Virus record (IMG/VR): IMGVR_UViG_3300013285_000009
Span: 76,984-117,351 of that record
Length of the DNA: 40,368 nt
DNA from: a virus
Taxonomy: Duplodnaviria; Heunggongvirae; Uroviricota; Caudoviricetes
Strand: one strand, 5' to 3'
Below the pieces are notes generated by a model that made no database searches, was not told the origin of the DNA, and saw only the letters and a list, made by a program, of their open reading frames with translations. Positions 26,414 to 35,316 of the stretch are shown one piece after another (the first letter of the stretch is position 1; each line of letters starts with the position of its first letter). Made by a program: the position numbers and the translations under genes.

Positions 26414-27023
26414 TTGGGGTATTTTTCAATATGAAGTATTTTTCAATATGAGAATTTATAAAAACTTTCAACTCAGTGTGATTTGTTGGTTTTGGTGTTA
26501 TTATTGACCGGGCCTGGATGAATGAAATATCTTCGTAATACAAATTTAAATCAACATGACATGTTGCCAACAATTCGTCAGATCTCCTATTACATTTAAG
26601 TATGAAATTTATTATGTTCGGGGCTATTTCATCATCTAACGGTATTACATCTAGTGGGTATATCCCCGCAGCATGGTATAACCAAATTAGACGAAAATGT
26701 TCTATGTAGTGGCTTGTTATTTGATTTAACAGATTTTTTCTACGGATACTTACTATTGAACAATTCTTATTTTTTATAGAAGCTGACACCGATTCATGGT
26801 ATTTTACGACATCATGACCGTGAACTTTTAATATGTATTGATCATTTGTTTTACTAAAATCTAAAAATTCAGCGTGTCTTTCAGGTGAGCTGTTTGGTTC
26901 GCCGAAATCTCGCAGAAATATGCCTCGCGATTTCATATTTTCCTGAATAGCAAACATAAGCGCCGTTGAACCCGTGCGTGCGTTGGATACTATAATGATT
27001 GGGAATTTGGTCAGACTATGCAT
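26397..27023 (-). CDS. Stf0-like sulfotransferase
   Basis: IVSNARTGSTAL (PAPS loop), IRRKNLLNQITS, LYYEDI; start ATG 27023. Confidence 0.75.
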   Translation of the reverse strand: MHSLTKFPIIIVSNARTGSTALMFAIQENMKSRGIFLRDFGEPNSSPERHAEFLDFSKTNDQYILKVHGHDVVKYHESVSASIKNKNCSIVSIRRKNLLNQITSHYIEHFRLIWLYHAAGIYPLDVIPLDDEIAPNIINFILKCNRRSDELLATCHVDLNLYYEDISFIQARSIITPKPTNHTELKVFINSHIEKYFILKNTPNDLST

Positions 27024-27477
27024 TTTTATTTGATGCCTCGACCACTCGTTTGCGCAGACTACTAGAACTAAATGAATGGTCACGCCCATTGAATACCAAT
27101 TCAATGCCTCGTCGAGCACATATATCTTTACCCGTAAACTCTTTGTCTATGTACTCTACCCCTAGAATACGGACATCGATCGGTAGAGTAAGCAGAATAT
27201 CTTCAAGGTCCTTCTCTGTGTTGTAGACTACAATTTCATCTACAAAACGAACAGCACTCAAGCTAATTTGTCGCTCAACAATACTTTGGATGGGTTCATT
27301 TTTTTCAGGACGGTCCCATTGAGCATTATTTTGCAATGCAGCAATAAGGTAATCACAATGATTCTTGGCTTGACTAAGCATAGCAATATGTCCCGCATGA
27401 ATCAAATCAAACTGAGAAAAAGTAATCCCAATCTTCAGCCCCTTGTCTTTCAGTTCTTTGATTTTATTGAATATCAT
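27016..27477 (-). CDS. cytidylyltransferase (TagD/RfaE-II-like)
   Basis: FSQFDLIHAGH (HxGH), ERQISL, HSFSSSSLR. Confidence 0.9.
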   Translation of the reverse strand: MIFNKIKELKDKGLKIGITFSQFDLIHAGHIAMLSQAKNHCDYLIAALQNNAQWDRPEKNEPIQSIVERQISLSAVRFVDEIVVYNTEKDLEDILLTLPIDVRILGVEYIDKEFTGKDICARRGIELVFNGRDHSFSSSSLRKRVVEASNKNA

Positions 27478-27671
27478 TCTTTTGCCTTGTCTATAATATC
27501 TTGTGCTTCCCTGTCTGCACGACCTTCATCAATCGAATAATGATGCAGGCGTTCTGCGCATCCACGAATAAGTTGGCTTAGTTCTTGATCCTCAGTTTTA
27601 TCTTGGACCATGATTGATATTCCGTGTAGCGCAATTACTGCGTCCATTAGTTCAAGATTCCTCATCATCAT
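27474..27671 (-). CDS. hypothetical protein
   Basis: Operon packing. Confidence 0.65.
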   Translation of the reverse strand: MMMRNLELMDAVIALHGISIMVQDKTEDQELSQLIRGCAERLHHYSIDEGRADREAQDIIDKAKE

Positions 27672-27897
27672 CCGGTAATATTTCTGTTAATTCATCGAAC
27701 TCGTCACCCGTAGTATGATGATACTCTTTTCCTGCATGCCTATACACAGAAGTCCAAGTTCGCTGATTGTTGCTGTCAGTACTAGGCTCAATAAGTTCAA
27801 GCACTGTTAACAAATGCTCTTTCTCCTGGCCCTTGATAATCCTACGAGGAGGACCCATGATCTTACGAATAAATGCCCTAGCTTGCGCTTTGGACAT
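27652..27897 (-). CDS. hypothetical protein
   Basis: Start MSKAQ after an AAGGA RBS. Confidence 0.65.
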   Translation of the reverse strand: MSKAQARAFIRKIMGPPRRIIKGQEKEHLLTVLELIEPSTDSNNQRTWTSVYRHAGKEYHHTTGDEFDELTEILPDDDEES

Positions 27898-27902
27898 TTC
27901 TT

Positions 27903-28130
27903 TCACACTAGTTCCTCGACAATACCTAAAATTTCTGCTACGATAAAGAACCAACCCGCTTCGGGTAGGCCCATCATAATCAATGATGCACCTGCAGCAA
28001 TACGTAGTACGCTTTTAACAAGGCTGACATAAAAATGTCCCTTGCGTGTGTCTTTGGGTTGAATATTAAGCTTAGGTGTATCTGCGCAATTACAGTCTCT
28101 ACCTTGATTGCAATTTTGATTACAACTCAT
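27903..28130 (-). CDS. small membrane protein with N-terminal CNQNCNQGRDCNC motif
   Basis: TAATG coupling with folE; C-terminal hydrophobic helices. Confidence 0.7.
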   Translation of the reverse strand: MSCNQNCNQGRDCNCADTPKLNIQPKDTRKGHFYVSLVKSVLRIAAGASLIMMGLPEAGWFFIVAEILGIVEELV

Positions 28131-28804
28131 TATCGTCCTCTTGCCAATTGATAAAACTCTGCACGGGCGGCTGGATCACTTTTGAATCCGCCACCTAGTT
28201 TACTAGTGACAGTTGAACTACCTGTATCTTCTACACCCCGGGCGGCAACGCAGTAATGTTTGGCATCGATCATTACAGCAATATCGTCTGTGTCCAAAAT
28301 GTATTGAAGTGCATAGAATACTTGCTCAGTCAAACGCTCTTGAATTTGAGGACGCTTGCTGAAGTATTCAACAATACGATTGATCTTGCTCAATCCTAGA
28401 ACTTTATCTTTTGGTACATAAGCAACAGTAGCTAGACCGGAAATAATTACAAAGTGATGTTCACAATTTGATTGTACATTGACATTACGTTCGCATACCA
28501 TTTCGTTGTATTTCATCTTGTTATCGACCGTAGTACACTTGGGGAATGCATCGTAGTCAAGGCCGTAAAAGACCTCATTTACGTACATTTTTGCAACACG
28601 CTTTGGAGTATCCATCAAACTATCATCGCTTAGGTCAAGACCTAGTGTTTCCATGATAGCTTTGAAGTGACCTTCAATGATGTGAATCTTATCGGTGCGG
28701 ATAAGTTTGTTTGGCGTGGATGGAGTTTCTACTCCCATCATAACTAGATGATTGTGAACTCGTTGACCCAATTCTGGATCGCATTTGGTTTTGTTGTATG
28801 ACAT
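28130..28804 (-). CDS. folE: GTP cyclohydrolase I
   Basis: DTPKRVAKMY, SNCEHH, GLSKINR, RPQIQERLT, HYCVAARG. Confidence 0.96.
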   Translation of the reverse strand: MSYNKTKCDPELGQRVHNHLVMMGVETPSTPNKLIRTDKIHIIEGHFKAIMETLGLDLSDDSLMDTPKRVAKMYVNEVFYGLDYDAFPKCTTVDNKMKYNEMVCERNVNVQSNCEHHFVIISGLATVAYVPKDKVLGLSKINRIVEYFSKRPQIQERLTEQVFYALQYILDTDDIAVMIDAKHYCVAARGVEDTGSSTVTSKLGGGFKSDPAARAEFYQLARGR

Positions 28805-28838
28805 GATAACCTTCCTTTGTGATGGTTTGTTTTTGAAG

Positions 28839-28874
28839 TGTAAGCTACCGTTGTGTAGCTTACATTCTATTTAG
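28839..28874 (-). promoter_or_regulatory. CTAAATA late-type motif plus perfect 10-bp leader hairpin of folE
   Basis: CTAAATA (28868-28874), TGTAAGCTAC-ACAACG-GTAGCTTACA. Confidence 0.55.
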
Positions 28875-29062
28875 CTTTCGTACTCCACATCCAGTAAATT
28901 CTTCATCATTACGTATTGGTCATAAACGCGACTCAGTTCATTGTCAACGCCATATCCCCAATCCATAACAGCCTGCATCTTTACTGTAGCTAACTGATGT
29001 TCGCTAAGAGTAGGAAATGCAGGCTTCGCAATTGATTCCCAAATTTCCTGCTGTGTTTTCAC
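28871..29062 (-). CDS. hypothetical protein (probable GTG start)
   Basis: 3' part of track ORF 28871-29209; GTG directly after the upstream stop. Confidence 0.5.
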   Translation of the reverse strand: MKTQQEIWESIAKPAFPTLSEHQLATVKMQAVMDWGYGVDNELSRVYDQYVMMKNLLDVEYES

Positions 29063-29063
29063 T

Positions 29064-29252
29064 TTAGGCTTTAGCTTCTTTTCGTGCGTTCTTAGTCTCG
29101 GTAATCTCATTACGACGAGCCTTGACTGCTTTAGCAAGTTCACCCAATGCTTTGCGGGCACGAGTACCTGCGGCTGCATTACCTGCTTCAAATTTAGTGT
29201 TCTCAGCAACGTAAGCGGCCAATTGTGTTTCGATATCTGTATGTGCGTTCAT
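29064..29252 (-). CDS. small basic Ala/Lys-rich DNA-binding-like protein
   Basis: GNAAAGTRARKALGELAK...RRNEI; AAGGA RBS. Confidence 0.8.
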   Translation of the reverse strand: MNAHTDIETQLAAYVAENTKFEAGNAAAGTRARKALGELAKAVKARRNEITETKNARKEAKA

Positions 29253-29253
29253 T

Positions 29254-30255
29254 TTATTTCCTTAAAGTTTTGTTTTCTATTGTATAATCTAACTTCTTCA
29301 TCCAGTCATATGTAGTCTGGACGATGTTGGTTAGATCGCTGTGTGTAGGCTTCCAATCAGTTGCTTGCATAAATCTATTAGGATTTGCAATCAACGTTCC
29401 CGGATCACCTTCTCTTGACCGACCGTAACTGTAATTAACTTTGTCACCGGTAATCTTTTCTACTTCATTGATAATTGACAAATTACTAGTTCCCTTACCC
29501 GTAGCTAGATTATACGCATTAAACGTGTAAGGTGCAAGCTTTTCGGCTAACGTCACTGCTGCCAAATGCGCAGAAGCAATATCGGTAACGTGTAAGTAAT
29601 CTCTGATACATGTGCCGTCGGCTGTATCAAAGTCTGACCCGTTTATCACCAATTTCTCTTTAGTTATTAAACTGCGGACTACTCTGGGTACCAAATGTGT
29701 ATCATCGGCTGTGTTGCCCAACTCACCGCCCGCATCACATCCACATGCATTGAAGTATCTGAGTGCGATACCCTTGAAGCCATGTGCATAGCAATGATCA
29801 TTAATCATGGTCTCTGCCATCAATTTACTGCGGCCGTACGGACTAACCGGGTCAGCAATATCGTATTCATCCCATGGACCAATACAGTTATTACCGTAGA
29901 TTGCTGCACTGCTACTAAAGACAAATGTACCGTGCCATCCCAATTCATGCAGGGTTTGCAACAAGATATTAGTCTTAGCAGCATTGTTATCATAATATAC
30001 ACCGGGGTTAGTGATACTAGGTCCCACTAAGCTAGTGCCGGCAATATGAATCACTGCAACTGCATTGGAATTTACTACGGCGTGTGCTGCTATAGTTGCA
30101 AAGTCATCTTTGATAAAGGTATCTAGAAACTCTACCCCATTGGACGATTTACAACTTTCATCAATACCGATTACTGTGTAGCCAGCATCTTTGAAAGCCT
30201 TTGCAGTATGACTACCGATGAAGCCTAATGCTCCGGTTATTACTACCGTCTTCAT
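29254..30255 (-). CDS. galE: NAD-dependent UDP-glucose 4-epimerase
   Basis: GALGFIGSH, FSSSAAIYG, YGRSK, LRYFNACG, DGTCIRDYLHV. Confidence 0.9.
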   Translation of the reverse strand: MKTVVITGALGFIGSHTAKAFKDAGYTVIGIDESCKSSNGVEFLDTFIKDDFATIAAHAVVNSNAVAVIHIAGTSLVGPSITNPGVYYDNNAAKTNILLQTLHELGWHGTFVFSSSAAIYGNNCIGPWDEYDIADPVSPYGRSKLMAETMINDHCYAHGFKGIALRYFNACGCDAGGELGNTADDTHLVPRVVRSLITKEKLVINGSDFDTADGTCIRDYLHVTDIASAHLAAVTLAEKLAPYTFNAYNLATGKGTSNLSIINEVEKITGDKVNYSYGRSREGDPGTLIANPNRFMQATDWKPTHSDLTNIVQTTYDWMKKLDYTIENKTLRK

Positions 30256-30758
30256 TCTTCTTCTCCAGCGTCCTCATCATCGCTGAAATCACTAAAGGGC
30301 CATGCAGCACTTGGAATTAACTTTGGTACTTCAACGTCATCTTCTTCGTCATCCGCAGTGAATTCTTCACCAGTGTCTAAGTTTTTGAGTCTCAGTGGGC
30401 CTTGAAAGTAGTACATTGTGTCATCGTTACTCCAACCTAATTCTTCGAGGCCTTCGTAGTAATTTTCAGCCCATGCTTCTTCAATTGACTCGCGGTCTTC
30501 ATCTGACATGTCAGCCGGCCAAGTCCAATCGGCCCAGCAACCATCATCAAGGTCATCTAGTTCCCACTCGTATTCATCACCTGCCAGATCGTACTCCTCG
30601 CCACCCGACAGGTCAATGTCGGGCTTAGTATCACTTTCGCAATAGAACTTACCCCAACGATAACCTTCTTCCCGGATGATAAGCTTCCCGTCTTTGTACC
30701 AGTGCTGCCGTTCTACCGCACTCTTCTTATACTCGGTCGTTAATTCCCATGTTGCCAT
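30252..30758 (-). CDS. highly acidic hypothetical protein
   Basis: Asp/Glu-rich; operon packing. Confidence 0.75.
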   Translation of the reverse strand: MATWELTTEYKKSAVERQHWYKDGKLIIREEGYRWGKFYCESDTKPDIDLSGGEEYDLAGDEYEWELDDLDDGCWADWTWPADMSDEDRESIEEAWAENYYEGLEELGWSNDDTMYYFQGPLRLKNLDTGEEFTADDEEDDVEVPKLIPSAAWPFSDFSDDEDAGEEE

Positions 30759-30759
30759 T

Positions 30760-31935
30760 TTAGTATTTTCCTTCTCTAGTATGTTTACGATAATCGGTGC
30801 TCATGCGTAGCATAGATTCACCCTTGCCTTCCAAGATATCAATCACCCGATCGATAGTTCCGTTATTATAATCGCTAATCTGTCCCATCAGTGGACTAGG
30901 CTTCTTCAATAGCTTTTCCAACTTGTCTAGTGCGTCTTCTATACTCCAAGGAACGTACAAACGGGTATGATCGTTAGAAAATGTTTCAGGGAAACTACGA
31001 TAAGCAGGATAAAGCACATTACAGCCAAGCGCATCTGCCTCGGAGACCGTGTTCGAGACCCAGTCTTGTAAAGCACAGTTGAACACCACGCGAGAATTAT
31101 TAACAATATTGTAGTAATCATTTTTACCTAGGTCCTCATAAACATGTAACAGCCCTCTTTCCTGCATTAAGCGAGTGCGATCCATGTAGCTATCATTGTT
31201 GCTTTTCAATTTACTGCCTGAACATACAGCAAACTCTACACCTGATTCAGGGTGACGGTTAAACCATTCTTCAATTAGATCCATATAGAAGTCTGGTTGC
31301 TTCTCTTGATCCCAACGTGCAGAAAAGACTACACGATGTTTGCGATCACTAAATGGCTTGATAGATGCAACACGAGATTGAACTTCACTCTTGCCAAATG
31401 CTAACCCACTGATATTGTAGATTGGAGCCTTCCAACCCGCAATCTTCATATGCATTACCATTTCTTCATTAGTGGCTAATACACCATCCGCAAATGAGTC
31501 CACCATGCGTTCATAGTGACCCATAAAGTCAGACATTTTCCAGACATGAACAAAGTCATCAGGATCAATAGATTGAGCGAGACAACGAACGAAAATTCTC
31601 GGACGTGACGACTCTGGGATTTGTTTGAGTATGTAGGGTAACGACTCAATCCCAGGCTGGAACATATCTTCGAAATAAATAACATCTTCATTGCTTAGTT
31701 CTCCTGCCTTCATCATCTTTACCAGATTCATCAGTTGTGACATACCGAAGTATGTACGACCATGTGCATCTAATACTTGCCCTGTTACAATAGCTTGATC
31801 GTTACCAAGTGTTTCGCCGGGTACAATGATATAATCAATACCACGGCGATTGAACACACTTTCGTTCCAGTCTTGCAACTGCAATGTGTAGCGTGCTTTG
31901 TAAGGCTCCAAGCCCATGTAATAAAGTTTTCTCAT
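30760..31935 (-). CDS. GT-B glycosyltransferase
   Basis: VVFSARWDQEKQP, NCALQDWVSNTVSEADALGC, YPAYRSFPE. Confidence 0.8.
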   Translation of the reverse strand: MRKLYYMGLEPYKARYTLQLQDWNESVFNRRGIDYIIVPGETLGNDQAIVTGQVLDAHGRTYFGMSQLMNLVKMMKAGELSNEDVIYFEDMFQPGIESLPYILKQIPESSRPRIFVRCLAQSIDPDDFVHVWKMSDFMGHYERMVDSFADGVLATNEEMVMHMKIAGWKAPIYNISGLAFGKSEVQSRVASIKPFSDRKHRVVFSARWDQEKQPDFYMDLIEEWFNRHPESGVEFAVCSGSKLKSNNDSYMDRTRLMQERGLLHVYEDLGKNDYYNIVNNSRVVFNCALQDWVSNTVSEADALGCNVLYPAYRSFPETFSNDHTRLYVPWSIEDALDKLEKLLKKPSPLMGQISDYNNGTIDRVIDILEGKGESMLRMSTDYRKHTREGKY

Positions 31936-32129
31936 TTTATAAATCTTGGAATACGTTCTACTGTACCTGCATATTGAAACGAGTCCAACATAGGCAACAG
32001 TGTTGCTACATCATTTGCAAGATGACGTTCAATTAATTTATGCTCACCGTCAATTAACATAAAGTACAATTTGGTTGTACCCTCGTCTAGTTGTGGCTTA
32101 AAAATATATTCTAAATCTTCTATTATCAT
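31932..32129 (-). CDS. hypothetical protein
   Basis: ATGA coupling on both sides. Confidence 0.55.
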   Translation of the reverse strand: MIIEDLEYIFKPQLDEGTTKLYFMLIDGEHKLIERHLANDVATLLPMLDSFQYAGTVERIPRFIK

Positions 32130-32890
32130 ACGTCTTTTCTCTCAATGTCTTCTTCAATGCACTCTTCGCCATATTGAATCTCTACAATACGACATGGTGT
32201 GTCAAACGGATTACGAATTCTATGCCAATTACCTTGCGGGATTACTATTTGCTTGTGTGGTGTCATAGTCAACACGGGTAGTGCATAACCACTAGTCATT
32301 TGTTGATCTACTTCACACCTACCTTCAGTGACATGCCAGAATTCATGACGTTTATAATGTCTTTGCATACTTAACGTCTTACCTGGCTCAATAGTAAGTT
32401 CTTTGACCTTACACCCTGCTACATCATGTAGTATACGATAGTATCCCCATGGACGCAATGTTTTCGGCTGTTTCCATTCTTGCAGAATCCAACTACTTGA
32501 ATTCAGTTTGTTTTCGCCGCCGGTACCAAAAACAAACTCTAAATTATCATCTACTAAGTCCATCTCTGGGATATTTTCTTTAGTGCGGTCACCGCCGTTG
32601 GCAAATATAATTGTTGCCTCAGGGTACATTGCCCTAACACCCGTGATGGCATTTTTACTGCTACCATCAGCATCTGGATAATGAACCACTTTGTCCACCA
32701 TACTCAGTGAACTAATAATCTTATCTCTTTCATATATCTGCATAAAAGGTTGACCTTTTTTACGGGCCAACCATTCATCACTGTTCAACCCGACGATTAG
32801 TTTGTCGCCGAGTTGTTTAGCAGACTTGAAGTATTCGATATGACCCGAATGAATCGGATCAAAGCCTCCAGTGACTAATACGATTTTCAT
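32126..32890 (-). CDS. cytidylyltransferase fused to a cupin (mannose-6-phosphate isomerase type II C-terminal-like)
   Basis: TGGFDPIHSGH, FANGGDR, NSSSWIL; then RPWGYY, LSMQRH, EFWHV, EIQYG. Confidence 0.9.
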   Translation of the reverse strand: MKIVLVTGGFDPIHSGHIEYFKSAKQLGDKLIVGLNSDEWLARKKGQPFMQIYERDKIISSLSMVDKVVHYPDADGSSKNAITGVRAMYPEATIIFANGGDRTKENIPEMDLVDDNLEFVFGTGGENKLNSSSWILQEWKQPKTLRPWGYYRILHDVAGCKVKELTIEPGKTLSMQRHYKRHEFWHVTEGRCEVDQQMTSGYALPVLTMTPHKQIVIPQGNWHRIRNPFDTPCRIVEIQYGEECIEEDIERKDV

Positions 32891-33093
32891 CGGCGAATCA
32901 AATCATCCCATTGATTCTTGGCGTGCTTGTTTGCCATCGCCTTGCTGAACTGACGAAACGCATAACTGCGCATGTCATACATAGTAGCCTCATCAAACGG
33001 GTAGCCGAAGTCCACACAGAATTCGCGGTACAGATCAAGATCGTCAAACAGTTGAGTGACACGGGGGTTTGTTTGAAAAGTTGGCTTTGCCAT
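32887..33093 (-). CDS. hypothetical protein
   Basis: AAGGA RBS; operon packing. Confidence 0.75.
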   Translation of the reverse strand: MAKPTFQTNPRVTQLFDDLDLYREFCVDFGYPFDEATMYDMRSYAFRQFSKAMANKHAKNQWDDLIRR

Positions 33094-33103
33094 TTTATTT
33101 TCC

Positions 33104-33556
33104 TTAGATTACGAGGTTGTTGAACGAAATTGTTCTATTATAAAAAATTGTGCATCCATTCTCTCCGTCTTCCGAGACTTCGATATGAACATCACGCTCT
33201 GGGTAACGACTAGCGATTTGTTTATATAGATCATCGCTAATCATTTCGCAGCTTTTGAAATTCAATTCTAACACACCTTGATATAGATTGTCAAGCCATC
33301 GTTTGAATTGAATAAACTCAATATCCCGATCATTATGAAATACTTCAATTGATACGCGGAAATGAAACATGTGCCGATGTGGGCTAGCCAAAAAGCTAAC
33401 ATCATATTCATCACCTGTCTTTAGTGCAGGATCAGTTGCAGCAGCAGGATAGCAATGTACACCCTCACGTTGAAAGGTTACGAAAATCATTCTCTTTGCT
33501 GCATCGCTAATGCGTGTGGTTTTCTCTTGTAGTGCCATACTATGTTGCTCAGTCAT
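33104..33556 (-). CDS. dpdL: QueD-paralogous T-fold protein, DpdL-like (putative CDG decarboxylase)
   Basis: LASPHRHMF (LxxxHRHxF) instead of CxxxHGH; SCEMISDDL and VSEDGENG T-fold motifs. Confidence 0.65.
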   Translation of the reverse strand: MTEQHSMALQEKTTRISDAAKRMIFVTFQREGVHCYPAAATDPALKTGDEYDVSFLASPHRHMFHFRVSIEVFHNDRDIEFIQFKRWLDNLYQGVLELNFKSCEMISDDLYKQIASRYPERDVHIEVSEDGENGCTIFYNRTISFNNLVI

Positions 33557-33746
33557 TTTGTTCTTCCTCTTCTTCCTCGAGGGCACGAACTCTTGTTAAT
33601 TCATCTTGCAATTTTGTACGCTGAGTACTTAGGTTGGCTAACCCCGACTGATCCGCTTCAGGGCGCCGCTGCAAGTCAGCAATTTGCACGTCAATCAATC
33701 GACGTGCTTCAGTGAGGTGCTTGATTTTTATTGAGTATGATGACAT
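33549..33746 (-). CDS. small coiled-coil protein
   Basis: Heptad pattern; ATGA overlap. Confidence 0.7.
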   Translation of the reverse strand: MSSYSIKIKHLTEARRLIDVQIADLQRRPEADQSGLANLSTQRTKLQDELTRVRALEEEEEEQND

Positions 33747-33762
33747 ATTATTCTTTCTAAAT

Positions 33763-35316
33763 TTATTCGCCCAACGCTTCGATCATAGCATCATCGCTGT
33801 CTAGTTCTTCTTCGTCAATAACTGTTACGGGGGCATCTTCGGTAAATAATTCATCAAACATAGTTAGAGAATTTACTGTCTTCTTACCGCTGTAACCTTG
33901 ACTACCGCTTTGAAACTGCATCCAATATCGGGTATATGATTCAATCATGTCTAAGCTTTTCTGACGATCCTTCAAAGCAAAAATCTGATCAACTACTTCA
34001 CTGAATACAATTTTCTCAAATGTATCATTAGTCAGCATCTTAGGAACGACACCCTGATCATAACGACGATTTGCTTCCTGTACTGCTGTCATGTGTGACC
34101 ATACATTATGACCTTGCAATAAAGTATAGCTCAGCGTATCCCAACTTGTCTTTGTTTCTTTACCATGCTGACCGATGAATCCCTGACCTCTATAACACAG
34201 ATCACTTAGTGTCATTTTATCAGTAATTGGTGAGTCAGTAAAGACTTTATGGATACCTTCAGCTAAAACAGCATCCCGATACTTGCGTGTGTCAGTTGAA
34301 TAGGACTTTTTCTCAGCCGTCTTTTCCATACTGTATGCCCACTTTTTATTGTTTTCAATAGTCGTATTGAAGTATGCAAGGCCCTTTGCGGCACTAAAGA
34401 ATGGGCTTGCGCAGTCAAACGTAATCTGTAGACTAGGGTTGTGATGCTTTCGGATAGAACGTTGGACATCACTAAACATCACAGCATATTCTAAGATGCT
34501 CGTACCCAGACAGTGAATTAAATCATGCTTACCTTCTTCTAACAACCCGTCATGGATAATGTTAACCAACCGTTTAAGGAATAAGTGAACGTCGATTTTG
34601 TTCTGACCTCCCATGGCCCAACCATTAAAGTGAGTCTCTGGGTAGATATTCGGGTCGCAATACTTCTTCATCTCATCATACCATGCATCACTCTGTGTAT
34701 GATTCAATCCCTGCAATACGTTTAAGAACTTGCACTTGCCCGAACGATTAGCAATGAAATACTCATTGTTGATGTGTGTGGCTGAAATAGCATCCTCAAT
34801 GGTCTTGATACCATGTAGAGATTTACCGTTCTTATCTTGCATACCGTAAGTGCGCAAGGACTGTGAGGGGATATCTAAACACATACCGTAATCCATGTAT
34901 GTGTCCATCCAGTTCAATACAGCTTTACGCTTGATCATGGCCTTGGGACAAGCAGGGTCTTTCCAGTCTGCGGGCCATTGACCTTTAAGAATCTGGAAAC
35001 CACCGGAGTCCCCTAACATAAACGTACCCGCTTCACGATTTCGGATGATGTTCTCCTTAGGATCAACGACAGTAGTATCTAAGTTGGCGTGACCTGCTGA
35101 GTACAAACCCCACTTGTAATAGAACAATCCCTTTTGGCTATTGAGAAAGTTCAATGTTTCTACGTCTTGAATCTGTGCAGGCAGTCTTGCTTGCTCAAAG
35201 TAATTTTGTCCGGCTTGTTGCTTACCTAATCCGGCGATATAGAATGAGCTAACTGCAGGTAAGAACAGGGCCCAGTCTGGATTGTGTTTAGCGGTAAGAT
35301 TATCTTGTTCTATCAT
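33763..35316 (-). CDS. dpdA: TGT-fold guanine transglycosylase, DpdA-like
   Basis: GDSGGFQ, LDIP, VLQG, GWAMGG, HCLG, FDCASP; no CxCxxC zinc motif of tRNA Tgt seen; deazaguanine gene context. Confidence 0.75.
   Translation of the reverse strand: MIEQDNLTAKHNPDWALFLPAVSSFYIAGLGKQQAGQNYFEQARLPAQIQDVETLNFLNSQKGLFYYKWGLYSAGHANLDTTVVDPKENIIRNREAGTFMLGDSGGFQILKGQWPADWKDPACPKAMIKRKAVLNWMDTYMDYGMCLDIPSQSLRTYGMQDKNGKSLHGIKTIEDAISATHINNEYFIANRSGKCKFLNVLQGLNHTQSDAWYDEMKKYCDPNIYPETHFNGWAMGGQNKIDVHLFLKRLVNIIHDGLLEEGKHDLIHCLGTSILEYAVMFSDVQRSIRKHHNPSLQITFDCASPFFSAAKGLAYFNTTIENNKKWAYSMEKTAEKKSYSTDTRKYRDAVLAEGIHKVFTDSPITDKMTLSDLCYRGQGFIGQHGKETKTSWDTLSYTLLQGHNVWSHMTAVQEANRRYDQGVVPKMLTNDTFEKIVFSEVVDQIFALKDRQKSLDMIESYTRYWMQFQSGSQGYSGKKTVNSLTMFDELFTEDAPVTVIDEEELDSDDAMIEALGE

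Noticed and set aside
28871-29209. Single 112-aa ORF from the track
   Set aside because: Its 5' half overlaps the better-supported 29064-29252 gene; only the 3' part from GTG 29062 is plausible
33763-35316. Ordinary tRNA-guanine transglycosylase (tgt)
   Set aside because: No CxCxxC zinc motif, a much longer divergent sequence, and the context fits DpdA better; not fully excluded
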